Below are positions 9,887-18,638 of a stretch of DNA of 64,000 nucleotides, in pieces. The DNA lies in NCBI GenBank assembly GCA_016700315.1, contig CP065013.1, forward strand, positions 1,449 to 65,448, written 5' to 3'. The first letter of the stretch is position 1, and every line of letters begins with the position of its first letter. A program made the translations under genes and the position numbers. The notes below the pieces were generated by a model. It searched no databases. It had not been told where the DNA came from and saw nothing but the letters and a program-made list of their open reading frames with translations. This stretch comes from Candidatus Saccharimonadota bacterium (GTDB taxonomy: Bacteria > Patescibacteriota > Saccharimonadia > Saccharimonadales > SZUA-47).

Positions 9887-10618
9887 GTGAGTCGGCCGTT
9901 TGCTGTTTTTGACGTCGACGGAACAATTGCCCGCTCAAGCTTGCTTCAGCTGATCGTTCGTGAGCTTGCTAACAGAGGCCATGTGAGTATAGGTACAGCA
10001 ATCGCAATCGAAAAACTCCTGAATGATTACAGGCAAAGAATTAGCGACGACACATTTGGTGCATTCATGAAAAAAGCCGTCGAGATGATGTTCGCCGACA
10101 TGCCGGCTGGTCTCAGATCGAGCGAATACGACATTGCCGTTCAAACTGTAGTGAGCGAAAGCATACCCAACCGCTACTTGTACACATCAGAGCTCGTTAA
10201 GAGCCTTAAGACCAGAGGCTACTTTGTTATTGCAATCTCTGGCTCAGAGTTTCGGGCCGTCGAAAATTTCGCTCGCGCTTTAGACTTTGATGCTTGGCTC
10301 GGGGCAGTGAAATACAGAGAGCTAGGCGGAATGATTACCAACAATATCGAGGTTGTACCTTACAAAAAAAATGAGATCCTAAGAGGCATGATTCATAAGT
10401 TCGACCTAGACACCGCTAACTCTATCGCTGTTGGGGATACAAGCAGCGATATACCGATGTTTGAAATGGTTAGCCAGCCGATTTGCTTCAATCCCAACCA
10501 AGCCCTTTTCAAAGCAGCACGTGAACGGGGCTGGATGATCGTAATTGAACGAAAAGACATGATCTACGGCCTCACCAAAGACGGCGACCATTACAAAGTG
10601 TCTACAACAAACGTCTAG
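9887..10618 (+). CDS. HAD-superfamily hydrolase, subfamily IB (SerB-like phosphatase)
   Basis: GTG start; motif I 'FDVDGTI', motif IV 'GDTSSDIPMF'. Confidence 0.7.
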   Translation: MSRPFAVFDVDGTIARSSLLQLIVRELANRGHVSIGTAIAIEKLLNDYRQRISDDTFGAFMKKAVEMMFADMPAGLRSSEYDIAVQTVVSESIPNRYLYTSELVKSLKTRGYFVIAISGSEFRAVENFARALDFDAWLGAVKYRELGGMITNNIEVVPYKKNEILRGMIHKFDLDTANSIAVGDTSSDIPMFEMVSQPICFNPNQALFKAARERGWMIVIERKDMIYGLTKDGDHYKVSTTNV

Positions 10619-11571
10619 TAAACGAGATTTTTACATTGAAACGCGTGAAAGAACTCATGATCAGTAAGAGGCAGCCAAACTATGTCAATTTTCTTACCAT
10701 GAATAACAAGATTACCTACAGACACTACTAAGCACAACCCCGTATCTAGGTCATACGTCGAAGTACCTTCTGGACGGTCTACTTCTTTAAAGAGATCAAC
10801 CCTAATTGGCGAAGCACTGTCACAAAATAGGCTTTCTTGTTCGTACTTTGCTTGAAATACCGCATTTTTGCCATTAATCTCCGTGTGCATATACATTCTT
10901 TTTGGTTCAAATATCATGTCAAAATCCTCGAGATGCATGGTGTCATTGATCTGGTTTAATCTTTTTTCAATTATCCCGTCTTGAATTTTCGACGGCAGAT
11001 CTTTAAACTTTTTACTTTTTAGCATCTTATCGAAATCAAAAACGGCTTTTTCTAACAGCTCGGTTAGTTCGTCCTCGTCTAAAGGTTCTCGCATTTGTTC
11101 ATAATCTATATTATGAATCTTTAGAGTTTCGCCGGAAATAGTAGTCCGATAATCTATCTGCGAAGTTTTGACAGCCGGCCCACCAATAGGGTTATCATTC
11201 GTAATATTCGATACACCGTTAAACTCTACAAAAAGTTGCATACCAGGAAGGGGCGTGCGATAGCTTTCGATTTGTTTTTTTAAATTTGGGAATTTTGCCT
11301 TTGCTTCCTCTGGATCTTCTTCGCCAATATCGTTCAAAAAATCCTTGAGGTCGGTGTAGTTAGGCGTCTCCGTTAGCGAATCACCTTCAGCAATAAATAG
11401 CGTATAAAATCTAGCTCTGATTGCTTCGCAATTTTTATATATTGTTGAGCCGTTGCCGGTAAACACATTTACTAATGGTGCGAATCCTTCGCCGTCAAAT
11501 GTGTAGACTAACTCCGGCATCGACGAAAGTGCAATCTCCAAAGTTGCCACTTCTAAATTAATATCCTCCAT
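10615..11571 (-). CDS. Hypothetical protein
   Basis: 318-aa acidic ORF. No domain recognised. Confidence 0.5.
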   Translation of the reverse strand: MEDINLEVATLEIALSSMPELVYTFDGEGFAPLVNVFTGNGSTIYKNCEAIRARFYTLFIAEGDSLTETPNYTDLKDFLNDIGEEDPEEAKAKFPNLKKQIESYRTPLPGMQLFVEFNGVSNITNDNPIGGPAVKTSQIDYRTTISGETLKIHNIDYEQMREPLDEDELTELLEKAVFDFDKMLKSKKFKDLPSKIQDGIIEKRLNQINDTMHLEDFDMIFEPKRMYMHTEINGKNAVFQAKYEQESLFCDSASPIRVDLFKEVDRPEGTSTYDLDTGLCLVVSVGNLVIHGKKIDIVWLPLTDHEFFHAFQCKNLVY

Positions 11572-11770
11572 TGCTTGATCGAGGTCTATTTCGCCGCATG
11601 AAGCTAAAGCTACCTTGCCCTATAGGATCATCAACCGGTCACATAATTCACTAGCTTTAGAGATATATTCTACGGCTGAATTTGCGGGTATATCGATATT
11701 TTTATTTCCCATTGTTTTTTATGTTATAAGATGTGTAAATCTTACACAACAAATATGTAATAATGACTAC

Positions 11771-12565
11771 ATGTGGCTAAAACAAACTGACAAGCCTTTG
11801 TACCCAGAGATTTTGTGGAGCAGACCTGAGAATCGTAACGGCGCCGGCCGTTTGCTGATTATCGGCGGCAACGCTCACGCAATTGCTGCGCCAGCCACTG
11901 CATTCGCCGCGGCCGAAGACGCGGGAGCAGGGGCGGTGAGGGTAATCCTGCCCGATCACGTCCGTAAGACATTTGGCAAGTTTTTGCCCGAAGCTTTTTT
12001 TGCTCCGAGTACGCCGAGCGGTAGTTTTGGTACTAGCGCGTTGACTGAACTGCTAACACAGACGGAATGGGCAGATGCTGTTTTGCTAGCAGGAGATTTT
12101 GGTCGAAACAGTGAAACTGCTAGCATGATTGAAAAATTTGTATTCAAATATGATGGACTACTATGTATTACTCAAGATACTGTTGAGCATTGTTACAATT
12201 TTGCAGACAAATTAGTTGTTCGCCCAAACACTTTGATTGTTGGCAGCTTCGCCCAAATTCAGAAGCTTGCAACATCGTCCAAAGCCCCTAAAAGTTTGCA
12301 GTTTAGCGATGGCTTAGTCCGAAATGTTGGAGCGGTCGGGGCTTGGAGTAAAACAGTTTCAGTCTGTTTTTTGACACGCCTGGGCGACGACCTTATACTC
12401 GCAAAAGACGAGACTGTCGTAACCTCGAGATCAAAAGAACCAAAGAAATGGCGAGTCGAAACTGCTGCTAGAGCAACAGTCTGGTGGCTACAAAACCCAA
12501 AAAAACAGTTAGAAGCTATTAGTACCAGTTGCTACATTTTTAATTCTGACAAAAATGCATTATAG
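11771..12565 (+). CDS. YjeF C-terminal-like (carbohydrate-kinase fold / NAD(P)HX dehydratase-like) protein
   Basis: 'GAGRLLIIGGNAHAIAAPATAFAAAEDAGAGAVRVILP' resembles the YjeF_C N-terminal motif, but the C-terminal motifs are not clear. I prefer the ATG at 11771 over the TTG at 11615. Confidence 0.45.
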   Translation: MWLKQTDKPLYPEILWSRPENRNGAGRLLIIGGNAHAIAAPATAFAAAEDAGAGAVRVILPDHVRKTFGKFLPEAFFAPSTPSGSFGTSALTELLTQTEWADAVLLAGDFGRNSETASMIEKFVFKYDGLLCITQDTVEHCYNFADKLVVRPNTLIVGSFAQIQKLATSSKAPKSLQFSDGLVRNVGAVGAWSKTVSVCFLTRLGDDLILAKDETVVTSRSKEPKKWRVETAARATVWWLQNPKKQLEAISTSCYIFNSDKNAL

Positions 12566-13538
12566 TAGTAATATGTCACAGCTTCGCAATAATCACAGTA
12601 GAGGACGTCTCGATACTCTAGAGCGTAGCCGAAAATATGGCAATAAAACAAGCTTATCTAACAGACTAGAAGCTTTTAAAAAAGCTAGCTCTCTGGAATG
12701 CGCTGTTGAAGCGGCTGAATTTATTGGAGATTTTGGTGGGGCTGAAGCTTCTTTTCTCGGAGCAAGAGCATTACTAGAAACCGCTACATTATGTAAGCCG
12801 GACACCGATTTACAATATCGACTTTTTGGCAGATCAACAGAGTTAGCTAGAGATGCATTAGTTTTAAGCAAGGCTATAAGACTTCTAAACATCGAGTTAC
12901 CGGCAGAAGATTTATTATCACAGCTGCCGGTTTATGTTAAAATTTTCGGCAAACAACAGATGCCAAATGCTGAACATGCTCAAAAAACATATCAAAAAAC
13001 AATCAAAATCCTTAATAGCTTTTTTGGTAGTCCCCAACCTCAATCAAGCTTGGTCAAAAGACAACAAATTGGTTGGTTGAGTGAAGCTGTTGTGAGATGC
13101 ATGCTTAACAGGCACGCTATCAAGGATGTAGGGGCAGAGGATTTTATCGCAACCTCGTCACAGCTCAGAGAAGACCGAGGACTAAGAAGTGTCGGCCAAA
13201 ATAGCAATAGTTCTTGGGACATTACAGCTTTTTGTAATAAATCAACCTCTCCAACACCAGTTTATTTTATTCAAGTAAAATCAACCGCATTAACTCCAGA
13301 GGACAATCGAGCTAAAAAAATACCATATCATGATGGTATATCTATGCTGTACGTTGCTGAAGACTTAGCGCTACCAGGAGAAAAAAGCAAACTAGCCGGA
13401 CAATTAGTCGACAAGACTAATGTTGTCAGAATTGCTAAAGAGTTAGTCGAAGAAAGCCAATGTCAAGAACCTTTCAGCAGCAGCAAATTAAATCAACGCA
13501 CAGAACTTCTGCTCGATAAGATAGACCCTCCAAGTTGA
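12555..13538 (+). CDS. Hypothetical protein; C-terminal part possibly PD-(D/E)xK nuclease-like
   Basis: 'SWDITAF...VYFIQVKST' resembles a D...(E/Q)xK restriction-endonuclease-fold core (DUF4365-like). The match is weak. Confidence 0.4.
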   Translation: MHYSSNMSQLRNNHSRGRLDTLERSRKYGNKTSLSNRLEAFKKASSLECAVEAAEFIGDFGGAEASFLGARALLETATLCKPDTDLQYRLFGRSTELARDALVLSKAIRLLNIELPAEDLLSQLPVYVKIFGKQQMPNAEHAQKTYQKTIKILNSFFGSPQPQSSLVKRQQIGWLSEAVVRCMLNRHAIKDVGAEDFIATSSQLREDRGLRSVGQNSNSSWDITAFCNKSTSPTPVYFIQVKSTALTPEDNRAKKIPYHDGISMLYVAEDLALPGEKSKLAGQLVDKTNVVRIAKELVEESQCQEPFSSSKLNQRTELLLDKIDPPS

Positions 13539-13561
13539 GTTTGTAGTAATATATTTTAGGT

Positions 13562-13843
13562 ATGCCGAACATCAAAGACAACACGCCACGTAATAATGCT
13601 TTTTTTGACAAGTGGAGCATAGTTCATCTTTTTAGTGCCGCCGCTTTGACACTGATATTTGGAGCCAGCTGGGCCTTTGTAATAACAGTGTTGTGGGAAC
13701 CTTTGGAGCTTTTTATTTTATCGCCTATTTTAGCGAAGCTGGGCATACTCTTTGGCCACGAAACTATACGCAATTCTTTAAGCGACATAGTATTCGACGC
13801 AATTGGAGTCGGTATCGGGATTATCGTACTGCAATTATTTTAA
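13562..13843 (+). CDS. Hypothetical small membrane protein
   Basis: 93 aa with 3 predicted hydrophobic helices. Confidence 0.45.
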   Translation: MPNIKDNTPRNNAFFDKWSIVHLFSAAALTLIFGASWAFVITVLWEPLELFILSPILAKLGILFGHETIRNSLSDIVFDAIGVGIGIIVLQLF

Positions 13844-13851
13844 ACATTTTA

Positions 13852-13860
13852 TGCTATAAT
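13852..13860 (+). promoter_or_regulatory. Extended -10 promoter TGCTATAAT upstream of the tRNA cluster
   Basis: An exact TGCTATAAT lies 20 nt upstream of the first tRNA-like sequence. The same 9-mer recurs before tRNA-Glu and the vWA gene. Confidence 0.5.
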
Positions 13861-13879
13861 TCATCTGTTATCGAATCAA

Positions 13880-14116
13880 GCCGCGATGGTGGAATGGTAG
13901 CTATTTTATGCACCGCATAAAATCATAGACACAGACGGGCGAGTGGCGGAATTGGTATACGCGCACGACTCAAAATCGTGTTCCGTAAGGATTGAGGGTT
14001 CGATTCCCTCCTCGCCCACCAGTGTCTATGCGCCAGGGCGCCTCTACGCGGCCGCAAACGTCAAAATCTTGTGAGCTTTACGTCCAACGCCGGTTCAAGT
14101 CCGGCCCGCGGTACCA
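13880..14116 (+). pseudogene. Decayed tRNA-Leu(CAA)-like gene, split in its D-loop by a ~145-bp insert that contains the intact tRNA-Leu
   Basis: The 5' piece 'GCCGCGATGGTGGAATGGTAG' (13880-13900) is a type-II tRNA acceptor/D 5' half. The 3' piece (14046-14116) has D-stem 3' 'CGC', a degenerate anticodon arm 'CAAAC GTCAAAA TCTTG', T-arm 'GCCGG TTCAAGT CCGGC', and acceptor 'CCGCGGT' + ACCA. That acceptor pairs 6/7 with the 5' piece. Confidence 0.4.
13937..14021 (+). tRNA. tRNA-Leu (anticodon CAA), CCA encoded
   Basis: Cloverleaf by hand: acceptor GGGCGAG/CTCGCCC, D-arm GCG-GAATTGGTATA-CGC, anticodon arm CACGA-CTCAAAA-TCGTG, long variable arm, T-arm GAGGG-TTCGATT-CCCTC, ACCA. Confidence 0.9.
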
Positions 14117-14196
14117 AATTATTTTGCTTTAGTTTTTTAGTTTTCATATAAAGCACTAACTTTATAGTTTAGAGTTTGTACTTTATACTTATACTA

Positions 14197-15504
14197 ATGA
14201 AAACTATACAGCCTTGGTCTGATGATGCCGTAACCCATGCCCAACAGGCTAGACAAGCTATCGCCGACATCGATGAAGAACAACTAGATGAATTAGTGTC
14301 TAAGACAGAGGCTCTACTTGGTCATCAAACAAAAATTATTGAGCCTGAGTCTAAATCTACCGATCAAGCCGATGCCAAAAACGCCGCTCAGTTCGTTAGA
14401 ACAAAGATAAACGCATTGTACGAACATGAGCCAAAGGCCCAAGAAGAACTAGCCGAAGCCACTGCGCCTCACCATCGCGGCTCCAAACACCAACAGTATA
14501 TTGCTTCTTTACAAAAATCCGGCAAATCCGTTGCAGAGATTCAAACGGAGTGGCATAGATACTATCAGTCGTTATCTGATCGCGAGAAGCATCAGGTTTG
14601 GCAAGAGTTTTACGAAGAACAGGCATTGACGAATGCCAAAGATGCTTCAGCCTCCAATTCCTCAAATAGCACTCCGAGAGTAGCCGACCTAAAATTAGCC
14701 AAGCACCACGACCATAAGCAGCTCAAAAGGCCAATTACCGATACCCGGACCGTCAGCGAGCTAAAAGATCGGATAGCTTACCGTGTCTCATCAGGGGGCA
14801 GGCTAAAAGCTCGCCACCATCTTAAGTCCTTAGCTTTTGGCCTAGGCTTTGGCGCACTAACGCTGACAATACTACTGTTCAGTTTTTTCAATGAAAGATT
14901 CATTGCCCCCTTTATTAGCCCAAGTAAGAGCGTTAGCGCCACACCCATCATTGGGACTGGCGAAGCCATTGGGACTGACCCAAAAATTATTATTCCAAAA
15001 ATCAATCTCGAAGTACCGGTAGTTTATAACCTCGGTACCAACCAAGAAAAAGCCATTCAGAATGCCCTTGAAGAGGGAGTCGTCTACTACACAGGCACAG
15101 CCCTCCCAGGACAAAATGGTAACGTCGCGATTGTTGGCCACTCTAGCAATAACATTCTCAATAAAGGCAAGTACAAGTTCGCTTTTGTGCTTTTGAATCG
15201 GCTAGCCGTCGACGATATTTTTTATCTACAAAAAGACGGTGTTCGCTACACTTACAAGATTTACGAGAACAGGGTTGTCGAGGCTAACGATGTCAGCGTT
15301 TTGCAGGCTCAGAGTAAACCCAACACAGCAACCCTGATTACCTGCGATCCACCTGGAACAAGCCTGCGCAGGCGCGTAGTCGTCGGTGAGCAGATTAGTC
15401 CTGACCCAGCTAACAACAAGCAGGCTACGCAGGCCCCCGTTGAAGAACCAAAAGTGCTTCCAAGCAATGCACCAAGCTTGTGGAGCCGGCTATTCGGCAA
15501 CTAA
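14197..15504 (+). CDS. Sortase-family transpeptidase with a long N-terminal extension
   Basis: TM helix 'LAFGLGFGALTLTILLF', catalytic 'VAIVGHS' and 'TLITCDPPG' (TLxTC), and a downstream Arg. I prefer the ATG at 14197 over the TTG at 14176. Confidence 0.8.
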   Translation: MKTIQPWSDDAVTHAQQARQAIADIDEEQLDELVSKTEALLGHQTKIIEPESKSTDQADAKNAAQFVRTKINALYEHEPKAQEELAEATAPHHRGSKHQQYIASLQKSGKSVAEIQTEWHRYYQSLSDREKHQVWQEFYEEQALTNAKDASASNSSNSTPRVADLKLAKHHDHKQLKRPITDTRTVSELKDRIAYRVSSGGRLKARHHLKSLAFGLGFGALTLTILLFSFFNERFIAPFISPSKSVSATPIIGTGEAIGTDPKIIIPKINLEVPVVYNLGTNQEKAIQNALEEGVVYYTGTALPGQNGNVAIVGHSSNNILNKGKYKFAFVLLNRLAVDDIFYLQKDGVRYTYKIYENRVVEANDVSVLQAQSKPNTATLITCDPPGTSLRRRVVVGEQISPDPANNKQATQAPVEEPKVLPSNAPSLWSRLFGN

Positions 15505-15544
15505 TACTGTTTAGTAAAAAAGTTGATGATTGATAGAAGAGCCA

Positions 15545-15968
15545 GGATTAGGTTAGAGGTTATAGGTTAGAGGTTATAGGTTAGAGTGATTAGGGCTACG
15601 GACTAGTAGTTGGTAGTTAGTAGTTGGTAGTTGGTAGTTAGTAGTTGGTAGTTAGTAGTTAGTGCCCCGTACTACGTACCCTGTACTGCGTACTGTTCAA
15701 GTAGAGCCAAGAGCCAAGAGTCATGAGCCAAGAACTAGGGTTCAGGGTCCAGGGACTAGGGACTAGGAGCTAAGGTCTAGCGGATACTACCCCGTACTGC
15801 GTACTGTTCAAGCAGAGCCTAGAGTCAAGAGTCAAGAACTAGGGACTAGTAGCCAGTGTCTAGGGTCTAATTCATACTTTATACATGATACGTGATACTT
15901 GATACTATCTACTGCTTAGAATTTAGAGCCCCCCCATTCGTCGTTCCTCGTCACCGTTCCTCGTCCGC
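15545..15968. repeat. Mosaic heptanucleotide-repeat array (word families GGTTAGA, AGTTGGT, ACTGCGT, GCCAAGA, ACTAGGG, ATACNTG, TTAGAAT, CGTTCCT)
   Basis: Read directly. About 32 consecutive units keep one 7-nt register from 15545 to ~15768. Module order is internally duplicated (15667-15705 vs 15791-15830). Confidence 0.85.
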
Positions 15969-16015
15969 CATTTATTATTTCTCAACTTCAACAAAGCTTT
16001 TCCTGCTATATTAAT

Positions 16016-17497
16016 ATGGTGGACTATCTTGATCCAAAAAAGAAAAAGGCTCATGTTAGACGCCTTTACATTGGCTACGTTTTAATTGCTATTGCAATTG
16101 GTTTAGCAGCCTGGATATTACTTTATATTGGTAACGGTTTTTATTTGAACAAAAACGGTGAAGTTATCCAAAATGGCCTAGTCTATGTCGAGTCTTCACC
16201 ATCAGGCGCAAAGATTTCATTGAACGGTAAGCAACAAAACGACACTACCGATGCCAGACTAGTCATACCCGAATCAACTTACGAACTTATCCTAAGCGCC
16301 GACAAATACCGGCCTTGGCGCCGAACTTTTGATTTGACGGGTGGCAGCGTACGCCGAATAACATACCCCAGAATGTATCCTGTGTCTCTAAAAACCGACG
16401 TAACACAAACTTTTGGCGAAGTACCTGACATGGTGGAGAGTAGCGTCAATAGACGATTAATCATGCTACACATGGCAAGTTCTCCCTTACAAATGCAGAT
16501 TTTTTCAACCGATGAGCCGCTCAATGCGCCAATTATTTTGACGCTAAATAGTGATTTAATTACTAACCCGCAGGCCAAAGCAACGTATCGCGTTTCTGAG
16601 TGGACCGAAAATGCCGAGTTCGTGCTAGTCGAGCGAACTACCTCCGAGATGAGTGAATACTTGCTACTCAAAACCTCGCAGATAAACGAGCAGCGCAATA
16701 TTACACGCGAGTTAAATATCCCTTCGGGTGCTACAGTAACTATGCGCGACCGCAAGGAAAACCAATACGTAGTCTATCTTCCAGCAGACAAAAGCATAAG
16801 GTTCGCTGACCTAAATAATAAAACCCTGATCGACCAGCCGGTGGCTCAAAACGTTCTAGCCTTTAAAGCTTTCGAGTCTGACAAAATACTCTATGCTACC
16901 CCAAGTGAAACAGACAAAACAAAGACAAAAATCAGGCTATTCCAGTCGGGTAAGGTCTATGAAATACGTGAAGTCCTTAGTTCAGAAAAGTACTTTTTAG
17001 ACATGGCAAAACTCGGACGAACACTTGTTATGTTGGCCGGAAGCCAGGCAGAAAAAAAGATCATGGTCTATCGAAACCCGGTCGAGTACCTACAGAGCAA
17101 TCAGAATGTATCTCATCCTGTTGCTACAACTGCCTTAAGAGTCACAAACCCACAGTTCGCCAGTTTTTCTGCCAGTGCCAGCATCGTAATGCTATACGGC
17201 GAGGGCGAGTTCGCGGCCCATGAGTTCGAGGCCGACAGAAGTTACAATTATAAGCTAGACCTAATCTACGACCAGACCAAACCACTTAGATGGATGGACG
17301 GTGCACGACTAAACATAGTCAGTGGAGACTACCTTTATAGCGTCGACTTTGATGGAAGCAACCTTGAAAAACTTATTCCGGGTCGAGCTGCATACGGTGC
17401 GTATTTCGACCGGGACTACACAAGGCTTTATTCCTTCTTAACAAGCAAAGACGGTAGCCTATTTCAGATGACAACCACCCGACTCATCGCAGACTAA
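16016..17497 (+). CDS. PEGA-domain membrane protein
   Basis: N-terminal TM; 'VYVESSPSGAKISLNG...YELILSADKYRPWRRTFDL' is a PEGA-type motif. The remainder is unknown. Confidence 0.55.
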   Translation: MVDYLDPKKKKAHVRRLYIGYVLIAIAIGLAAWILLYIGNGFYLNKNGEVIQNGLVYVESSPSGAKISLNGKQQNDTTDARLVIPESTYELILSADKYRPWRRTFDLTGGSVRRITYPRMYPVSLKTDVTQTFGEVPDMVESSVNRRLIMLHMASSPLQMQIFSTDEPLNAPIILTLNSDLITNPQAKATYRVSEWTENAEFVLVERTTSEMSEYLLLKTSQINEQRNITRELNIPSGATVTMRDRKENQYVVYLPADKSIRFADLNNKTLIDQPVAQNVLAFKAFESDKILYATPSETDKTKTKIRLFQSGKVYEIREVLSSEKYFLDMAKLGRTLVMLAGSQAEKKIMVYRNPVEYLQSNQNVSHPVATTALRVTNPQFASFSASASIVMLYGEGEFAAHEFEADRSYNYKLDLIYDQTKPLRWMDGARLNIVSGDYLYSVDFDGSNLEKLIPGRAAYGAYFDRDYTRLYSFLTSKDGSLFQMTTTRLIAD

Positions 17498-17696
17498 CAT
17501 AAGCTTACTGTCACTTATTTTTGCCATTCTTTTTATCGCGTAGGCATGTCAACATGTTTGCCACGATCGTGGTTTTTATGTCGTACAGTAAAAAGTTGGA
17601 TGTTGGGGCTGGGTAGATTAGTAGGGGGGTTGCAACGGTGGTATAATCGGTGTAAAGTATAAGCATTAACATCAACAGAGGCAGATCGATATAAAA

Positions 17697-18638
17697 ATGA
17701 AAAACTTCATAGAAGTTAATGGTAAGAGATACGACTCCCAAACTGGTAAACTTATCAACCAACCTTCGCGCGTATCTGGGTTTAGTGTTGATGGGATGGC
17801 GCCAAAAAAGCATAACAACCTAGTGAAACCTACAGCGGTTCACAAAAAGCGACCGATCGAAAAATCTCACACCCTTCTACGGCAAGCCGTCAAAAAACCA
17901 ATAACAGCTAAACGAGCAAACGCCGAAAAAACAACTAAAAGCCCTAGAAGCCCTTTGATATCGAAATATGGTAGCGTTTTTACTAAAATTGAGAAGCGCG
18001 TTGAGCCACTAATGTATGTTCAGCCCAAGACTGAAGCTAATATTACCTCGACAGTAAACCACGATAGTCTACCTAGTACCAGCCAAAGCTTAATTGACAA
18101 AGCCTTATCAATATCAACTAGTCACCAAATGAGCGCTCACAAGCCCTTAAAACGGCACAAGATAGCCGGCAAGCTAGGCATCAAACCTAGAACGCTTAGA
18201 GCTGGTAGCCTAATGCTAGCCTTTTTAGTTCTCGGGGTGTTTTTTGCTTATCAAAACGTGCCAAACTTCGCCATGCGTGTAGCAAGCACGCGAGCTGGCT
18301 TTGCCGCACAGATGCCCGGTTATCAACCAAGCGGATTTGCAGTGCTTGGACCGGTTCAGTACAAAAGCGGAGAAGTAACAGTTAGTTTTGGCAGCAAAAC
18401 TGGTGATGGCAGGGAATTCGAGCTAACCCAAAAAACAAGCGACTGGAACAACGACGCACTACTTGCAAACATTGTAGCTAGCAAGCCAAACTACCAAACT
18501 CTACAAGACGGAAATCAAACAATCTACCTCTACGACGGTAGCAATGCCACCTGGGTAAAAAACGGCGTTTGGTATCAGATTGAGGGTGACTCTCGCCTGA
18601 CAAGTGATCAAATATCCCGCCTCGCCAGCAGTTTTTAG
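17697..18638 (+). CDS. Hypothetical single-pass membrane protein
   Basis: 313 aa: basic N-terminal region, TM 'LMLAFLVLGVFFAY', then a C-terminal globular domain. Confidence 0.5.
   Translation: MKNFIEVNGKRYDSQTGKLINQPSRVSGFSVDGMAPKKHNNLVKPTAVHKKRPIEKSHTLLRQAVKKPITAKRANAEKTTKSPRSPLISKYGSVFTKIEKRVEPLMYVQPKTEANITSTVNHDSLPSTSQSLIDKALSISTSHQMSAHKPLKRHKIAGKLGIKPRTLRAGSLMLAFLVLGVFFAYQNVPNFAMRVASTRAGFAAQMPGYQPSGFAVLGPVQYKSGEVTVSFGSKTGDGREFELTQKTSDWNNDALLANIVASKPNYQTLQDGNQTIYLYDGSNATWVKNGVWYQIEGDSRLTSDQISRLASSF

Noticed and set aside
15545-15968. Considered the repeat arrays as CRISPR arrays.
   Set aside because: The period is 7 nt with no unique spacers, there is no 25-40 nt direct repeat, and there are no cas genes in the window.
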